Assembly: GCA_045863395.1 (NCBI GenBank) | Contig: BTVJ01000008.1 | Span: 96,001 to 160,000 of the forward strand | Direction of reading: 5' to 3' | Length of the DNA: 64,000 nucleotides | Origin: Myxococcales bacterium | GTDB taxonomy: Bacteria > Myxococcota_A > UBA9042 > JABWCM01 > BTVJ01 | In this document: one piece after another, positions 10,601 through 18,971 of the stretch | Layout of the letters: each line of letters begins with the position of its first letter | Numbering within the stretch: position 1 is the stretch's first letter | Made by a program: the position numbers and the translations under genes | The notes under the pieces: generated by a model | Databases searched by the model: none | What the model saw: the letters and a program-made list of their open reading frames with translations, nothing else | What the model was told of the DNA's origin: nothing

Positions 10601-11458
10601 GGCGGCGACCGCCACGCTGGCGTCGTCGGCGATGGCGAGGCTCGTGATCATGTAGGACGAGCCGGTGTCCACGGTGGTGGCCAGGTCCGCGTCGAAGAAC
10701 CGCACGACGCCTGCCCGATCCGCAGTGACGAGGCGACCATCGGGCGTGGACGCGAGCGCCGTCACCTCCGAGTCTCCGTGGGGCAGCCCGCGCGGCTCTG
10801 CCACGCCCATGGTCCAGACGCTGGCACCCGTCGCGCCGCCTGCAACGACGCTCTCGCTGGTCACCAGCACCGCCCGCACCTCTCCACCCAGGCTCCCGGC
10901 GTGCCGCGCGGCGCCGGTTGCGGCGTCACGGACCTCGACGGACCCCTCTTTGCACCCCCACGCGACCAGCGCCCCGTCGGGCGACAGGGCGAGGGCGGTC
11001 ACGGAGCACGTCACCGCCACGCGCTTGCGCTCCGCGCCCGACGCGACATCGACGATGGCGACGCGCGCCCCGTCCCCGTAGCCGCCGGTCGTCGCGAGGG
11101 TGGTGCCGTCGGACGACAGGGCGACCGGGTCGTTGGTGTCGAAGGTGCGCAGGTGCGCGCCGGTCCCGGGGTCGACCAGCGTGGCGCTCCTGTGGCGCCG
11201 CGCCGCGACGAGGGTCTTGCCATCCCGGCTCACCGCGAGCCAGTCGAGCCCCGGGACGCGCCACCGGGTGGTGCCGTAGCTCACCTCCTGCGACGGTGAA
11301 GGTGGCGCCGGTGCCGCTGCTTGGGGGGGCTCGGGCGGAGGCTGCGTCGCCCGCACCTCGGCCTGCTCCTCGGAGGGCCGGGTCACCACCGCGACCGCCG
11401 CGACGGCACCGAGGACGAGGAACGCCAGACCGGCGCGCATGGCGGCTTGAGAGCTCAT
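7667..11458 (-). CDS. large WD40-repeat protein with N-terminal membrane anchor
   Basis: Many xSPDG...WD repeats; hydrophobic N-terminus; TTGCCG-17-TACGGT promoter at 11498-11470. Confidence 0.9.
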   Translation of the reverse strand: MSSQAAMRAGLAFLVLGAVAAVAVVTRPSEEQAEVRATQPPPEPPQAAAPAPPSPSQEVSYGTTRWRVPGLDWLAVSRDGKTLVAARRHRSATLVDPGTGAHLRTFDTNDPVALSSDGTTLATTGGYGDGARVAIVDVASGAERKRVAVTCSVTALALSPDGALVAWGCKEGSVEVRDAATGAARHAGSLGGEVRAVLVTSESVVAGGATGASVWTMGVAEPRGLPHGDSEVTALASTPDGRLVTADRAGVVRFFDADLATTVDTGSSYMITSLAIADDASVAVAAGYDGAIHLLERAGRRATLLTDTLGGTAVAMAADGTIWGGGGDGALRSWTRDGTEIPREPRGHLAPVGAMAVSPDGARLYALGGSDVVVWDTASRTELMRLGEGSARVTSLALSPDGARLAAGSLDQRARVWDTASGQLLASAFTHERGVTAVAWSPDGQRLATGGRDGAVLVQTGGLGPIAWERWEDDTTVSALAWSPDGALLATGNTMGIVRLHDGATGRLVARLDDAYPETLRWVGFSPDGRTLGAAGGDDLWLFDVATGAPTLSAVSGGMTLSTAVWAAGGRELITGDSDGHVWALDAKSGAVRAHIRRPDDRIRAVALDPTGRQLFVALDDTTVVRWDLARDLVGKGADRGDDPDEVGMEVTRHRGREDRLLRPPLCAPRTDSAGDALACADARLGSERLRAPDEVKEVALSPDGRLLATGGEEGEWITVWSTADGSLVHRLRQSEIGGGPMRFLSGDRLAACDSLLGRLVLWDLAAGRKAAVTRLSCKALGTAPDGGLVVGGAGGALRFVSADGEPARVVETGAEGAVRAIASGPDGALAVTTSKGELARVSAAGEVSLHHAGSGAPWFLPDGRLVVADEQAVAVVAPEGEDDEYDEDGEDDDGDVPIEHRLPDLADAVGSALTPHGQVIVRTKEHVALIDLARPGKPQRRVRVGPHSMVAAGPTADAFVVGRDHAVELWSWAKGAATLSHDGHTGWVRHVSIGPEGALTWDGALRAFSPSAALVAERDVVAVALVPGGRRAVLLEEGAIRVLSLPDGAETTIATGSLMTPCAVSPDGALLVATEVEGAALYDLEARRRVRTLWEEEGAADLMALGPGGARIAVVRGNTVELRDGAGAEVATLELGEERITGVAFAADGRLAAAGQDGIRVWSPGGKLIASLEGHGTTTEAIAFAPDGQRLVTGDIFGDLMVWDLREKRRVTRLVAHRNVITSVSFAPGSDTFVTGSWDATALRWDLAALTGTGDPRDDRPR

Positions 11459-11650
11459 GACGGGCCACCACCGTAGCGCGGCGAGGTCCCTACGGCAATG
11501 GGCAAGGCGGAGTGGCGGCGAGGCAGATCCCCGAGCGGCACTGTGCGCGCACACTCCCGCACGGGCCACCGCTGTGCGCGCACGCCCTCAAGACACCCCG
11601 GTCTGTACGTTTTCAGCATGAATCCAGTCAGTTGCGCCAGCAGCGCGCCC

Positions 11651-11666
11651 TGGCACGGCGGTTGCG
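11651..11666 (+). promoter_or_regulatory. sigma54 -24/-12 promoter
   Basis: TGGCACGGCGGTTGCG matches TGGCAC-N5-TTGC; about 50 bp upstream of ATG 11718. Confidence 0.8.
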
Positions 11667-11717
11667 AAGGTCCCCGGCAGGTCAGACAGAGAACCCCATG
11701 GAGCAATAGGAGGTCCC

Positions 11718-14204
11718 ATGAAGACTCGATGGAAGCTCGGAGCGTTGCTGGTGGTCGCGGGGCTCGGAGGCGCGTGCGACTCCACGCCGACCCCTGGGAG
11801 CAGCGTGGGGGGCAGCTCCCTCATCGCGACGGGGACGGTGCGCGGCCAGGTGGGCGGCGAGATCGGACAGCGGGTGAGCCCGGCGCTCGCCGCGTCCGGC
11901 TCGGCGTCCGGGACCATCCAGGCCACCGCCGTCCGTGCCGTGGACCTGGGCGACGGGTCCGTCCTGGCTGCCGGGGTCGTCGGCGCGGACGGCGCCTTCG
12001 TGTTGCACGGCGTTCCCACCCAAGAGGCGCCGTTCCTGGTGGAGGCCATCGACGCGGCCGGCGAGATCGTCGCCCAGGTGCTCGTGCCCGGGCCCCTGAA
12101 GGCGGGCAGCGAGCTCGTCACCATGCCGCTCGGCGCCGAGACCACGGCCGAGGCGCAGGCCTGGGCGGAGCTGGCCTCCGCGGGCGCAGCGCCGGACCCC
12201 ATCGCGCTGTCCATGCTCGTGAGCGCGGAGATGGCGTCCTCCCTGTCCGCCGGCGCCAACTGGTCGGAGGCCGTGGGCGCCGGAGTGCAGGCGTGGGGTC
12301 ACGCCCTCGCCCACCTGTCGTCGGACGCGACCGCGAGCGCCGTCGCAGAGGCCCGCGCGCAGGCGTGGGCGGAGCTGGCCGCCGCGCTGGACGCCGCCGC
12401 CACCGCCGAGGAGGAGCAGCAGGCGTGGGCCACCTTCTCCTCCAACGTCACCGCCGCCATCGAGGCCGCCACGGGGCTCGACGCCGGCGCCCAGGCCGCG
12501 GCCACTGCGGCAGCCGGGCACGCCATGCTGGCGGCGACCGACGGGGCGCAGGTCGGCGACGCCGCGGTCACCCACGCGGTGGCGGCGAGCGCGGCGCTCT
12601 CGGCGCGGGCCCACCAGCAGGCGCAGCTCGACGCGGCGGCCGAGCTGGACCAGAGCGTCCTGGCAGCGGTCGAGGGGGCCTACGAGGCCTGGTTCGAGGC
12701 GGTGGCGAGCGCCACGACGCTGGGCGCCATCGAGGCTGCTCAGGCCGACCTGGCCGCGGCCCTGGACGGGGGCGCGGAGTCTGCGCTTGGCGCAGCGCTG
12801 GGCCTGATCGGCGGCGACGCCCAGGTGGCGGCCATCGTGGGCGCGGCCGCGGCGGCGCAGGGCTCCCTGGACGGCGCGCTCGGCGCATCCGCCTCCCCGG
12901 AGGGCATCGCGGAGGCCTTCGCGAGCTTCCACGGGGCCATGCAGGCCGCCGCCGAGGCCGCCATGCAGGGCGGGGCCAGCGCGCCCCTCGTCGACCTCGC
13001 CGCCTCGGCGGCCGCGCAGGCGGCGTTCGCCGGGTCGCTGGTCCCGCCGAGCACCGGGGAGGGTGCGGCCGTCGATGGGGCGCCTGCCGGCGACGGTGAG
13101 GCCACGGTGGACGGCGCGGGCGACGGCCAGGCGACCGGCGAGGGGACGGTGGAGGCAACGGTGGAGGGGACGGTGGAGGCTGCGGGAGACGCAAGCGCCA
13201 GTGGGAGCGCCGGCGCACTGGTGGAGGGCCTGGACACGGGCATGGCCGGGGCCGTCGATGCCGCCGTCATCGCCATCGACGAGGCGGGCGCCGTGACGGT
13301 GATCGGGGACGGCACGGTCAGCGGCGGCGTGTGGACCGTGGTGCTCGACGCTGCGGCCCAGGCGGAGCTGGCGGCGCTCGTGCTGACGGACCTCTCCGGC
13401 GAGATCGTCGGCGCCGCCTTGATCTCTGGCGGCGTGGACGGTGGCTTCGAGGCGCCCGACCTGACCGCGCAGACCACCGCCCAGGTGGAGGTGCTGCTCG
13501 CCTCTCTGGAAGGGGGCGCCACCCCCTCGCAGGTGGACATGGAGCTGCTCGTGAGCTTGATCTCCGGGGCCACTGCGACCGCCATCGTCGCAGAGGACGG
13601 CGCAGCGGCGGCCAGCGCGGCCCTGGAGCTGGCGGCGGCCGTCCAGGCGAAGGCGGAGCAGGCGGGGGCCTCCTCAGCGATGATCGTCGCCGAGGTCTCC
13701 GCGGCCTTCGAGGCGGCCATGGCGAGCTCCGGCTCGACGCTGCCGTCCGCCGTGGACGCGGAGACGCAGGTGGCCAACGCCATCGCCGCCACCGCAGCCC
13801 TGCAGGCGGCGGGGAAGTCAGGGGCGGTGGCCGCCCTCCAGGCGCTGGTCCAGGCGACGGCGGAGGCCACGTCCGGCAGCGAGATCCAGGCTGCCGGCGC
13901 TGCCTTCGAGGAAACCCTGCTGGCGAGCCTGAAGGGCGATCTGCTGGCGGGCCTCAGCCTCCCCCTCGGGCTGGACGCTGCCATGGCGGCCTCCGCCGCG
14001 GCCAAGGCCGAGCTGGCAGCCACCATCCAGCAGGTGGTCGGGGAGGGCGACGTCGAGACCCAGGCGGCGCTGATCGTCCAGGCCTTCGCGACCTTGAGCG
14101 GCGAGACCTCCACCGCCTTCGAGAAGCTCCCGCTTGGCAGCGCGAGCGCGACCATCGAGGCCATCACCCTGCTCAACGCCGGCCTCTACGGGACCTCCTT
14201 CTAG
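11718..14204 (+). CDS. Ala-rich acidic lipoprotein with internal duplication
   Basis: AGGAGG RBS; lipobox LGGAC; 828-aa ORF. Confidence 0.85.
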   Translation: MKTRWKLGALLVVAGLGGACDSTPTPGSSVGGSSLIATGTVRGQVGGEIGQRVSPALAASGSASGTIQATAVRAVDLGDGSVLAAGVVGADGAFVLHGVPTQEAPFLVEAIDAAGEIVAQVLVPGPLKAGSELVTMPLGAETTAEAQAWAELASAGAAPDPIALSMLVSAEMASSLSAGANWSEAVGAGVQAWGHALAHLSSDATASAVAEARAQAWAELAAALDAAATAEEEQQAWATFSSNVTAAIEAATGLDAGAQAAATAAAGHAMLAATDGAQVGDAAVTHAVAASAALSARAHQQAQLDAAAELDQSVLAAVEGAYEAWFEAVASATTLGAIEAAQADLAAALDGGAESALGAALGLIGGDAQVAAIVGAAAAAQGSLDGALGASASPEGIAEAFASFHGAMQAAAEAAMQGGASAPLVDLAASAAAQAAFAGSLVPPSTGEGAAVDGAPAGDGEATVDGAGDGQATGEGTVEATVEGTVEAAGDASASGSAGALVEGLDTGMAGAVDAAVIAIDEAGAVTVIGDGTVSGGVWTVVLDAAAQAELAALVLTDLSGEIVGAALISGGVDGGFEAPDLTAQTTAQVEVLLASLEGGATPSQVDMELLVSLISGATATAIVAEDGAAAASAALELAAAVQAKAEQAGASSAMIVAEVSAAFEAAMASSGSTLPSAVDAETQVANAIAATAALQAAGKSGAVAALQALVQATAEATSGSEIQAAGAAFEETLLASLKGDLLAGLSLPLGLDAAMAASAAAKAELAATIQQVVGEGDVETQAALIVQAFATLSGETSTAFEKLPLGSASATIEAITLLNAGLYGTSF

Positions 14205-14209
14205 GACCC

Positions 14210-15181
14210 TCAGAAGCTCCACGCGGCCGTCGCGAGCGCTCCCCCGGGGATGGGAGCGGCGCTCACGGCGGGCGCGTCCACCGCGTCGGCGATCAGCAGC
14301 GCCACCCCCACCGCCAGCGCGCCGCCCCCCACCGCATAGCCCACGTTGGCCACCGTCGCGAAGGTGTCGGCCTCACCGGCGAGCCGCTCGTGCTCGCTCC
14401 GGGTGTGGTCGCGGGGCAGGAGCCCATTGGCCTCCTCGGCCCGCTGGTCCGCGAGCACACCCAAGGCTACCCCCGTCGCGAGCACCGCGAGCCCCACGCC
14501 GGCCGTCGCCCAGCCCGCGGCGGCCAGGTCGCCGGATGGCGGCCCTGCGAGAGCGGGCCCGTCCGTCTGGAGCACGGGCTCGGGCGCGGGCTCCGCCGCC
14601 GGTTCGGGCTCCGGGAAGGGCTCGAGGACCTCGATGATCGCCTGGCCGTGCTCGGCGATGACCACCGGAGTCTCCTTCGCCACGTACCCCGCGCGGGTCG
14701 CCCGAAGCGTCTGCGCCCCCACGGGCAGCTCCACCTCCAGCGGGCTCGTGCCCAGGGGGCGCCAGGATCCGCCAGCGTCCCGCACGCCGACGTCCGCCGC
14801 AGGCTGGGTGGCGATGCGCACGAGGCGCACGCCGCGGTTCTCCCGGTCCGTCTCGCGGAGCACGCGGAGCTGGAGCTCCACCACGGCCCGGTCCGGGGCC
14901 TGGGGCAGGAGCCTCAGGTAGTCTTCGTACCCCTCGATGGCGTCTCTGATGCGCCCCCCGCGCTCGCTGCACTTGCCGATGTTGAAGGCGTACCGCTCGC
15001 TGGGCACCGCCGCCTGAGCCGCCCGGTACGAGGCGACGCAGTCGTCGTAGCGCCCCTCGGCAAACGCCTGACGGCCGGCGCGGTCGTGCTTCTCCGCATC
15101 TTCCCGTGCGGTGGGGGGCGATCCATGCGCTTGAGGCAGGTGCGCCCAGGTCACCGCCACTGCGAGGGCAACGCGCCTCAT
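14210..15181 (-). CDS. TPR + PEGA domain protein
   Basis: Signal peptide, TPR (YAFNIGKC...AIEGYEDYL), PEGA (LGTSPLEVELPVG...RAGY), C-terminal hydrophobic segments. Confidence 0.85.
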   Translation of the reverse strand: MRRVALAVAVTWAHLPQAHGSPPTAREDAEKHDRAGRQAFAEGRYDDCVASYRAAQAAVPSERYAFNIGKCSERGGRIRDAIEGYEDYLRLLPQAPDRAVVELQLRVLRETDRENRGVRLVRIATQPAADVGVRDAGGSWRPLGTSPLEVELPVGAQTLRATRAGYVAKETPVVIAEHGQAIIEVLEPFPEPEPAAEPAPEPVLQTDGPALAGPPSGDLAAAGWATAGVGLAVLATGVALGVLADQRAEEANGLLPRDHTRSEHERLAGEADTFATVANVGYAVGGGALAVGVALLIADAVDAPAVSAAPIPGGALATAAWSF

Positions 15182-16230
15182 GGACCGTCCACCTTCAGCA
15201 GGAAGTGCTGCTTGTTGCACGTGTCCACCGAGAAGTCCACCGTGCCAGCACCCTGTGTCCAGGCCCCCTTGCTGTCCAGCCCACCCTGGAGGCCGGGCAG
15301 CTCCGTCACCTTGCCCCCGACGTCCACGCTCACCTTGCTCAGCGTCCCGCTGACGGCCTTGGGGAGCAGGCACGGGACCTGCTCCTGGACATTGAAGGCG
15401 CCGAAGCGTGCCAGCCAGCGGCTCTCCGTCGTGGTGTCCCAGTCGATGCTCGCCCCGCCGTCGGCCTTGGCCACGAGCTTCACCGCCACGAGCGCAGTCG
15501 GGTCCGCGGGGGTAGCCTGGGCGCTGACGTCGAGCTGCACTGCAGCACTCTTTGCCGCGGTGATGCTGCCAGACGCGGCGAGGCTCTGGCCGCCCCGGGT
15601 CACTCGCCCCTGGAGGAGCAGCGAATCGTTCTGCCCGGTCACACGCAGAAACACCGCGTTGTCGCAGGCCGCCACCTCGGTGAGCACACCGCCCGACACC
15701 GCTTGGACCGGGTTGGGGCAGAGCCCCAGGTCGACGAAGGCGCCGTTGGCGGCGGTGACGGTGCTCAGCTTCAGACTCCAGTGGATGGGCAGGGGGGCGG
15801 GGCCTGCATCGACGTCCCCAGAGCCCGCGTCCTGGGCGCCCGCGTCCTGGGCCCCCGCGTCCTGGGTGGAGTCACCCGCGTCGGGGCCAGCGTCCCCGCC
15901 CCCAGCGTCCTCGAGGACTCCGACATCCAGGGCACCTGCGTCCGGCACACCGCCGTCGTGTCCCGGATCACCGAGGTCTCCTCCCACGGCGTCCGCGAGC
16001 GCCAAGTCGTCTCCCACGTCTACGGCCGCCCCGTCTCCCACGGCATCCGTGGCACCGGCCGCCCCGTCTGGTCCACCCGCGAGCCCGTCGCCGAGGACGT
16101 CGCCTGCCACGCACGTCCCCGAAACGCACCGCTCCCCGACGAAGCACTCCGCGTCCGATGCGCAGCGGTCGCGGGGAGCGATCTCAGGGACGCAGGCAGC
16201 GCAGGCGAGCAGGGGCAGCAGGAGGCGCAT
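15178..16230 (-). CDS. Cys-containing lipoprotein with DAG-repeat linker
   Basis: MRLLLPLLACAAC lipobox, CASDAEC motif, QDAGAQDAG repeats; overlaps next gene by ATGA. Confidence 0.8.
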   Translation of the reverse strand: MRLLLPLLACAACVPEIAPRDRCASDAECFVGERCVSGTCVAGDVLGDGLAGGPDGAAGATDAVGDGAAVDVGDDLALADAVGGDLGDPGHDGGVPDAGALDVGVLEDAGGGDAGPDAGDSTQDAGAQDAGAQDAGSGDVDAGPAPLPIHWSLKLSTVTAANGAFVDLGLCPNPVQAVSGGVLTEVAACDNAVFLRVTGQNDSLLLQGRVTRGGQSLAASGSITAAKSAAVQLDVSAQATPADPTALVAVKLVAKADGGASIDWDTTTESRWLARFGAFNVQEQVPCLLPKAVSGTLSKVSVDVGGKVTELPGLQGGLDSKGAWTQGAGTVDFSVDTCNKQHFLLKVDGP

Positions 16231-16286
16231 GGTCTCCCTATACCGGGCCGCGGACGGGGAGCGCAAGGGCGCGCCCTCGTCGCCCA

Positions 16287-18182
16287 CTACTTCAGCTCGG
16301 AGGGATCGTTGACGAGGCGACCTGCCTCAGGCGACTGCTCGCGGGCGCCGACCTGGGGAAGAATGCGCTGGAGCACCACGTGGGCCTCGCGCTCCCGCTC
16401 GAAGGTCACGTCCAGATCGACTGCCGTGTGGCCGGCGAGCGTGACCCTCACCCGGCGGGGCGGCGCCGAGGGGCTCGCCGTGAGCGGGTGCGGCGTCTTG
16501 CCGAGGACGCGCCGGTCCTTGCCGCGCCCCTCGCTGACCGTGGCGCCGGTGGGCGACGACGCGATGGTCACGGTCACCTCTGCCGCGGCGGGCGCCTCGA
16601 CGGGTACTTCGCCCGGCGGTGCCACCGCGGGACCGCCCGTGGGCAGCGCGGGACCGCTAGGGGGAAACGCGGCCGCTGCCGTGTCGGCAACCGCCAGGGA
16701 CTCCCCCGCCGGGACCGCCGCGACCATCCGGGGCGCCTCCTGGGACGCCGCCTCAGCGACTGGCTGCGCTTCGCCCTCCCGACGACGCTCCGCCTGCCCC
16801 TGGGCCTCTCCGCCCGCCGCGAACCCCACTGGCCTCTCCCGTCCTCCCTCGGAGGCTGGTAGCGCCGCGAGGACCGCCGCGCTCACGACGACGACCCCGA
16901 CGACCGCGGCCGCCAGCAGCCTCCAGGGGCCGCCGCGCGTCGCCGCAGGCTCCGAGGCGACCTCTGGTCGCGCGACGGTCTCTGCGTCCGCGCTCCCCGG
17001 CACCCGGCCCCGGAGAACGGCCGTGGGTGCGTCTGCGCCGCCTGCGGCCACAGCGGGCATGGCAGGCAGGCCGCGTGTCTCCTCGGACATCGGGGCGCGG
17101 ACGGTGGTCATGCCGTCGACGGGGCGATGAACCGTAGGGCTCGGGCGCGCCTGTCCCCCCGAGGATGGCGCGCCCGCAGCCCGGACGTGGCCCTCGCCCT
17201 CGGCCAGATCCAGCTCGGCGATGACCGCTGCCGCCGTAGGGGGGCGGTCCTCGCGGCTGCGCGCCATCATGCGCTGCACCAGGTGGTCGAGCAGCGGAGT
17301 GACGTCGGGCGGGATGCTCCTCCGCGTCACCGGGGCGATGCTCGGGGCGTCGTCGCTGACCCCCGTCTCCAGCAGCGACGGTGGGTCCTTCTCGAGGCGC
17401 GCCATCAGCATGTCGATGGTGCTCGGCCCGGCGAAGGGCAGCCTGCCGCTGAGCATCTCGAAGAGCATGACCCCCAGGGAGTAGATGTCCGCCCGGGCGT
17501 CGAAGGGCTGCCCGCGGGTCTGCTCCGGGCTCATGTAGCACGGTGTGCCGATGACGGTGCCCGTCGCGGTGACCCGACCGCCATCCTCCGGGTTCAGGAA
17601 GCGCGCGATGCCGAAGTCGAGCACCTTGACGAAGTCCCTCCGCCCGCCAACGGCACAGAGCGCGATGTTCTCTGGCTTCAGGTCACGGTGCACGATGCCC
17701 TTGCCGTGGGCCTCGACCAGCGCCTCGCAGATCTGGCGCGCGATGGCGCAGGCGCGCTGCTGCGGGAGCGGCGCGTCCACCGCGAGCACCTGGGCGAGGC
17801 TCCGCCCGTCGACCAGCTCCATGGCCAGCCAGAGGAGGCCGTCGCCGGTCTGCCCGAAGTCGTAGGCGGTGACCACGTGCGGGTGGTTGAGGCGCGTGGC
17901 GGCCCGGGCCTCGCGCAGGAACCGCCGGACGCTCTCCTCGTCACGGACCAGGTGCCGGCGCAGCACCTTGAGGGCCACGGGCCGGTCCACGGAGAGCTGC
18001 GTTGCCCGGTAGACGGTGCCCATGGCCCCCTCGCCGAGGACGCGGCCGACGCGGAAGCGCCCGTCCACCACGTGGCCCTCCAGGCTCTCCGGCGGGGGCG
18101 CGGCGACCAGGCGAGCCCCGTCCGCGGTGCAGTGGAGCACCTCATCTCCGTACTCTGCGCCACATGCCTTGCACAGCTTCAT
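16287..18182 (-). CDS. membrane Ser/Thr kinase with N-terminal Cys motif and C-terminal PEGA-like domain
   Basis: CKAC..C, GEGAMG, HRDLKPEN, DFG, GTPCYMSPEQ, TM helix, IASSPTGATV. Confidence 0.92.
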   Translation of the reverse strand: MKLCKACGAEYGDEVLHCTADGARLVAAPPPESLEGHVVDGRFRVGRVLGEGAMGTVYRATQLSVDRPVALKVLRRHLVRDEESVRRFLREARAATRLNHPHVVTAYDFGQTGDGLLWLAMELVDGRSLAQVLAVDAPLPQQRACAIARQICEALVEAHGKGIVHRDLKPENIALCAVGGRRDFVKVLDFGIARFLNPEDGGRVTATGTVIGTPCYMSPEQTRGQPFDARADIYSLGVMLFEMLSGRLPFAGPSTIDMLMARLEKDPPSLLETGVSDDAPSIAPVTRRSIPPDVTPLLDHLVQRMMARSREDRPPTAAAVIAELDLAEGEGHVRAAGAPSSGGQARPSPTVHRPVDGMTTVRAPMSEETRGLPAMPAVAAGGADAPTAVLRGRVPGSADAETVARPEVASEPAATRGGPWRLLAAAVVGVVVVSAAVLAALPASEGGRERPVGFAAGGEAQGQAERRREGEAQPVAEAASQEAPRMVAAVPAGESLAVADTAAAAFPPSGPALPTGGPAVAPPGEVPVEAPAAAEVTVTIASSPTGATVSEGRGKDRRVLGKTPHPLTASPSAPPRRVRVTLAGHTAVDLDVTFEREREAHVVLQRILPQVGAREQSPEAGRLVNDPSELK

Positions 18183-18243
18183 CGGGTCGAAGTCTAGCGG
18201 CGCGGCGCCCGCGCGTCGAGGCACCGCCAGTGTGTCCCGGCCC

Positions 18244-18963
18244 TTACGCGCCGACCGTCCGCAGGTACTCGTCCTCCAGGGAGCGCCCGGCCGCGCGCAG
18301 GGAGGCCAGCTCGTCGGCCGGGATGGACCGCACCACCGCCCCTCCGTGGAGCAGAACGACCCGGGTGCAGATGCGCTCCATCATGTCGAGGATGTGGCTG
18401 GTGAGCAGCACCGCCGTGCCCTCGCGGACCAGGTCGGCGAGCAGCGAGCGGGCGCGTGCCGTGGACTGGGGGTCGAGGCCGTTGAGGCTCTCGTCGAGGA
18501 CCAGCACCTTCGGCTGGCCGATGACCGCCGCCGCGATGGCGAGCTTCTGGCTCATGCCCTCGCTGTACTCGCGGCACAGCCGGTCGCGCGCGCCGGTGAG
18601 CTCGAACAAGCCAAGGAGCCGCTCGGCGCGGGCGGCGGCCTCCCCGGCATCGAGGCCACGCACGCGGGCGACGAAGCGCAGGTGCTCCTCGCCGGTCAGG
18701 AACGGGTAGAGCGCCGCGTCCTGGGGTACGTAGCCCAGGTGCCGCTTGGCCTCCAGCGGGGCCGTGAGCACCGAGTGGCCCGCGACGAGGGCGTCGCCGC
18801 TGTCCGGGTGCTCCAGGCCGCCGATGACGCGCAGGGTGGTGCTCTTGCCGGCGCCGTTGGGGCCGATGAGGCCGACCAGCTCTCCAGGGGCCACGGTGAA
18901 GGACACATCGCGCACGGCGGCCACGTCGCGGTAGGTCTTGGAGAGGGCGCGGACCTCGAGCAT
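18244..18963 (-). CDS. ABC transporter ATP-binding protein
   Basis: GPNGAGKST, YSEGM signature, LVLDE, TSH. Confidence 0.93.
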   Translation of the reverse strand: MLEVRALSKTYRDVAAVRDVSFTVAPGELVGLIGPNGAGKSTTLRVIGGLEHPDSGDALVAGHSVLTAPLEAKRHLGYVPQDAALYPFLTGEEHLRFVARVRGLDAGEAAARAERLLGLFELTGARDRLCREYSEGMSQKLAIAAAVIGQPKVLVLDESLNGLDPQSTARARSLLADLVREGTAVLLTSHILDMMERICTRVVLLHGGAVVRSIPADELASLRAAGRSLEDEYLRTVGA

Positions 18964-18971
18964 GGGGAACC

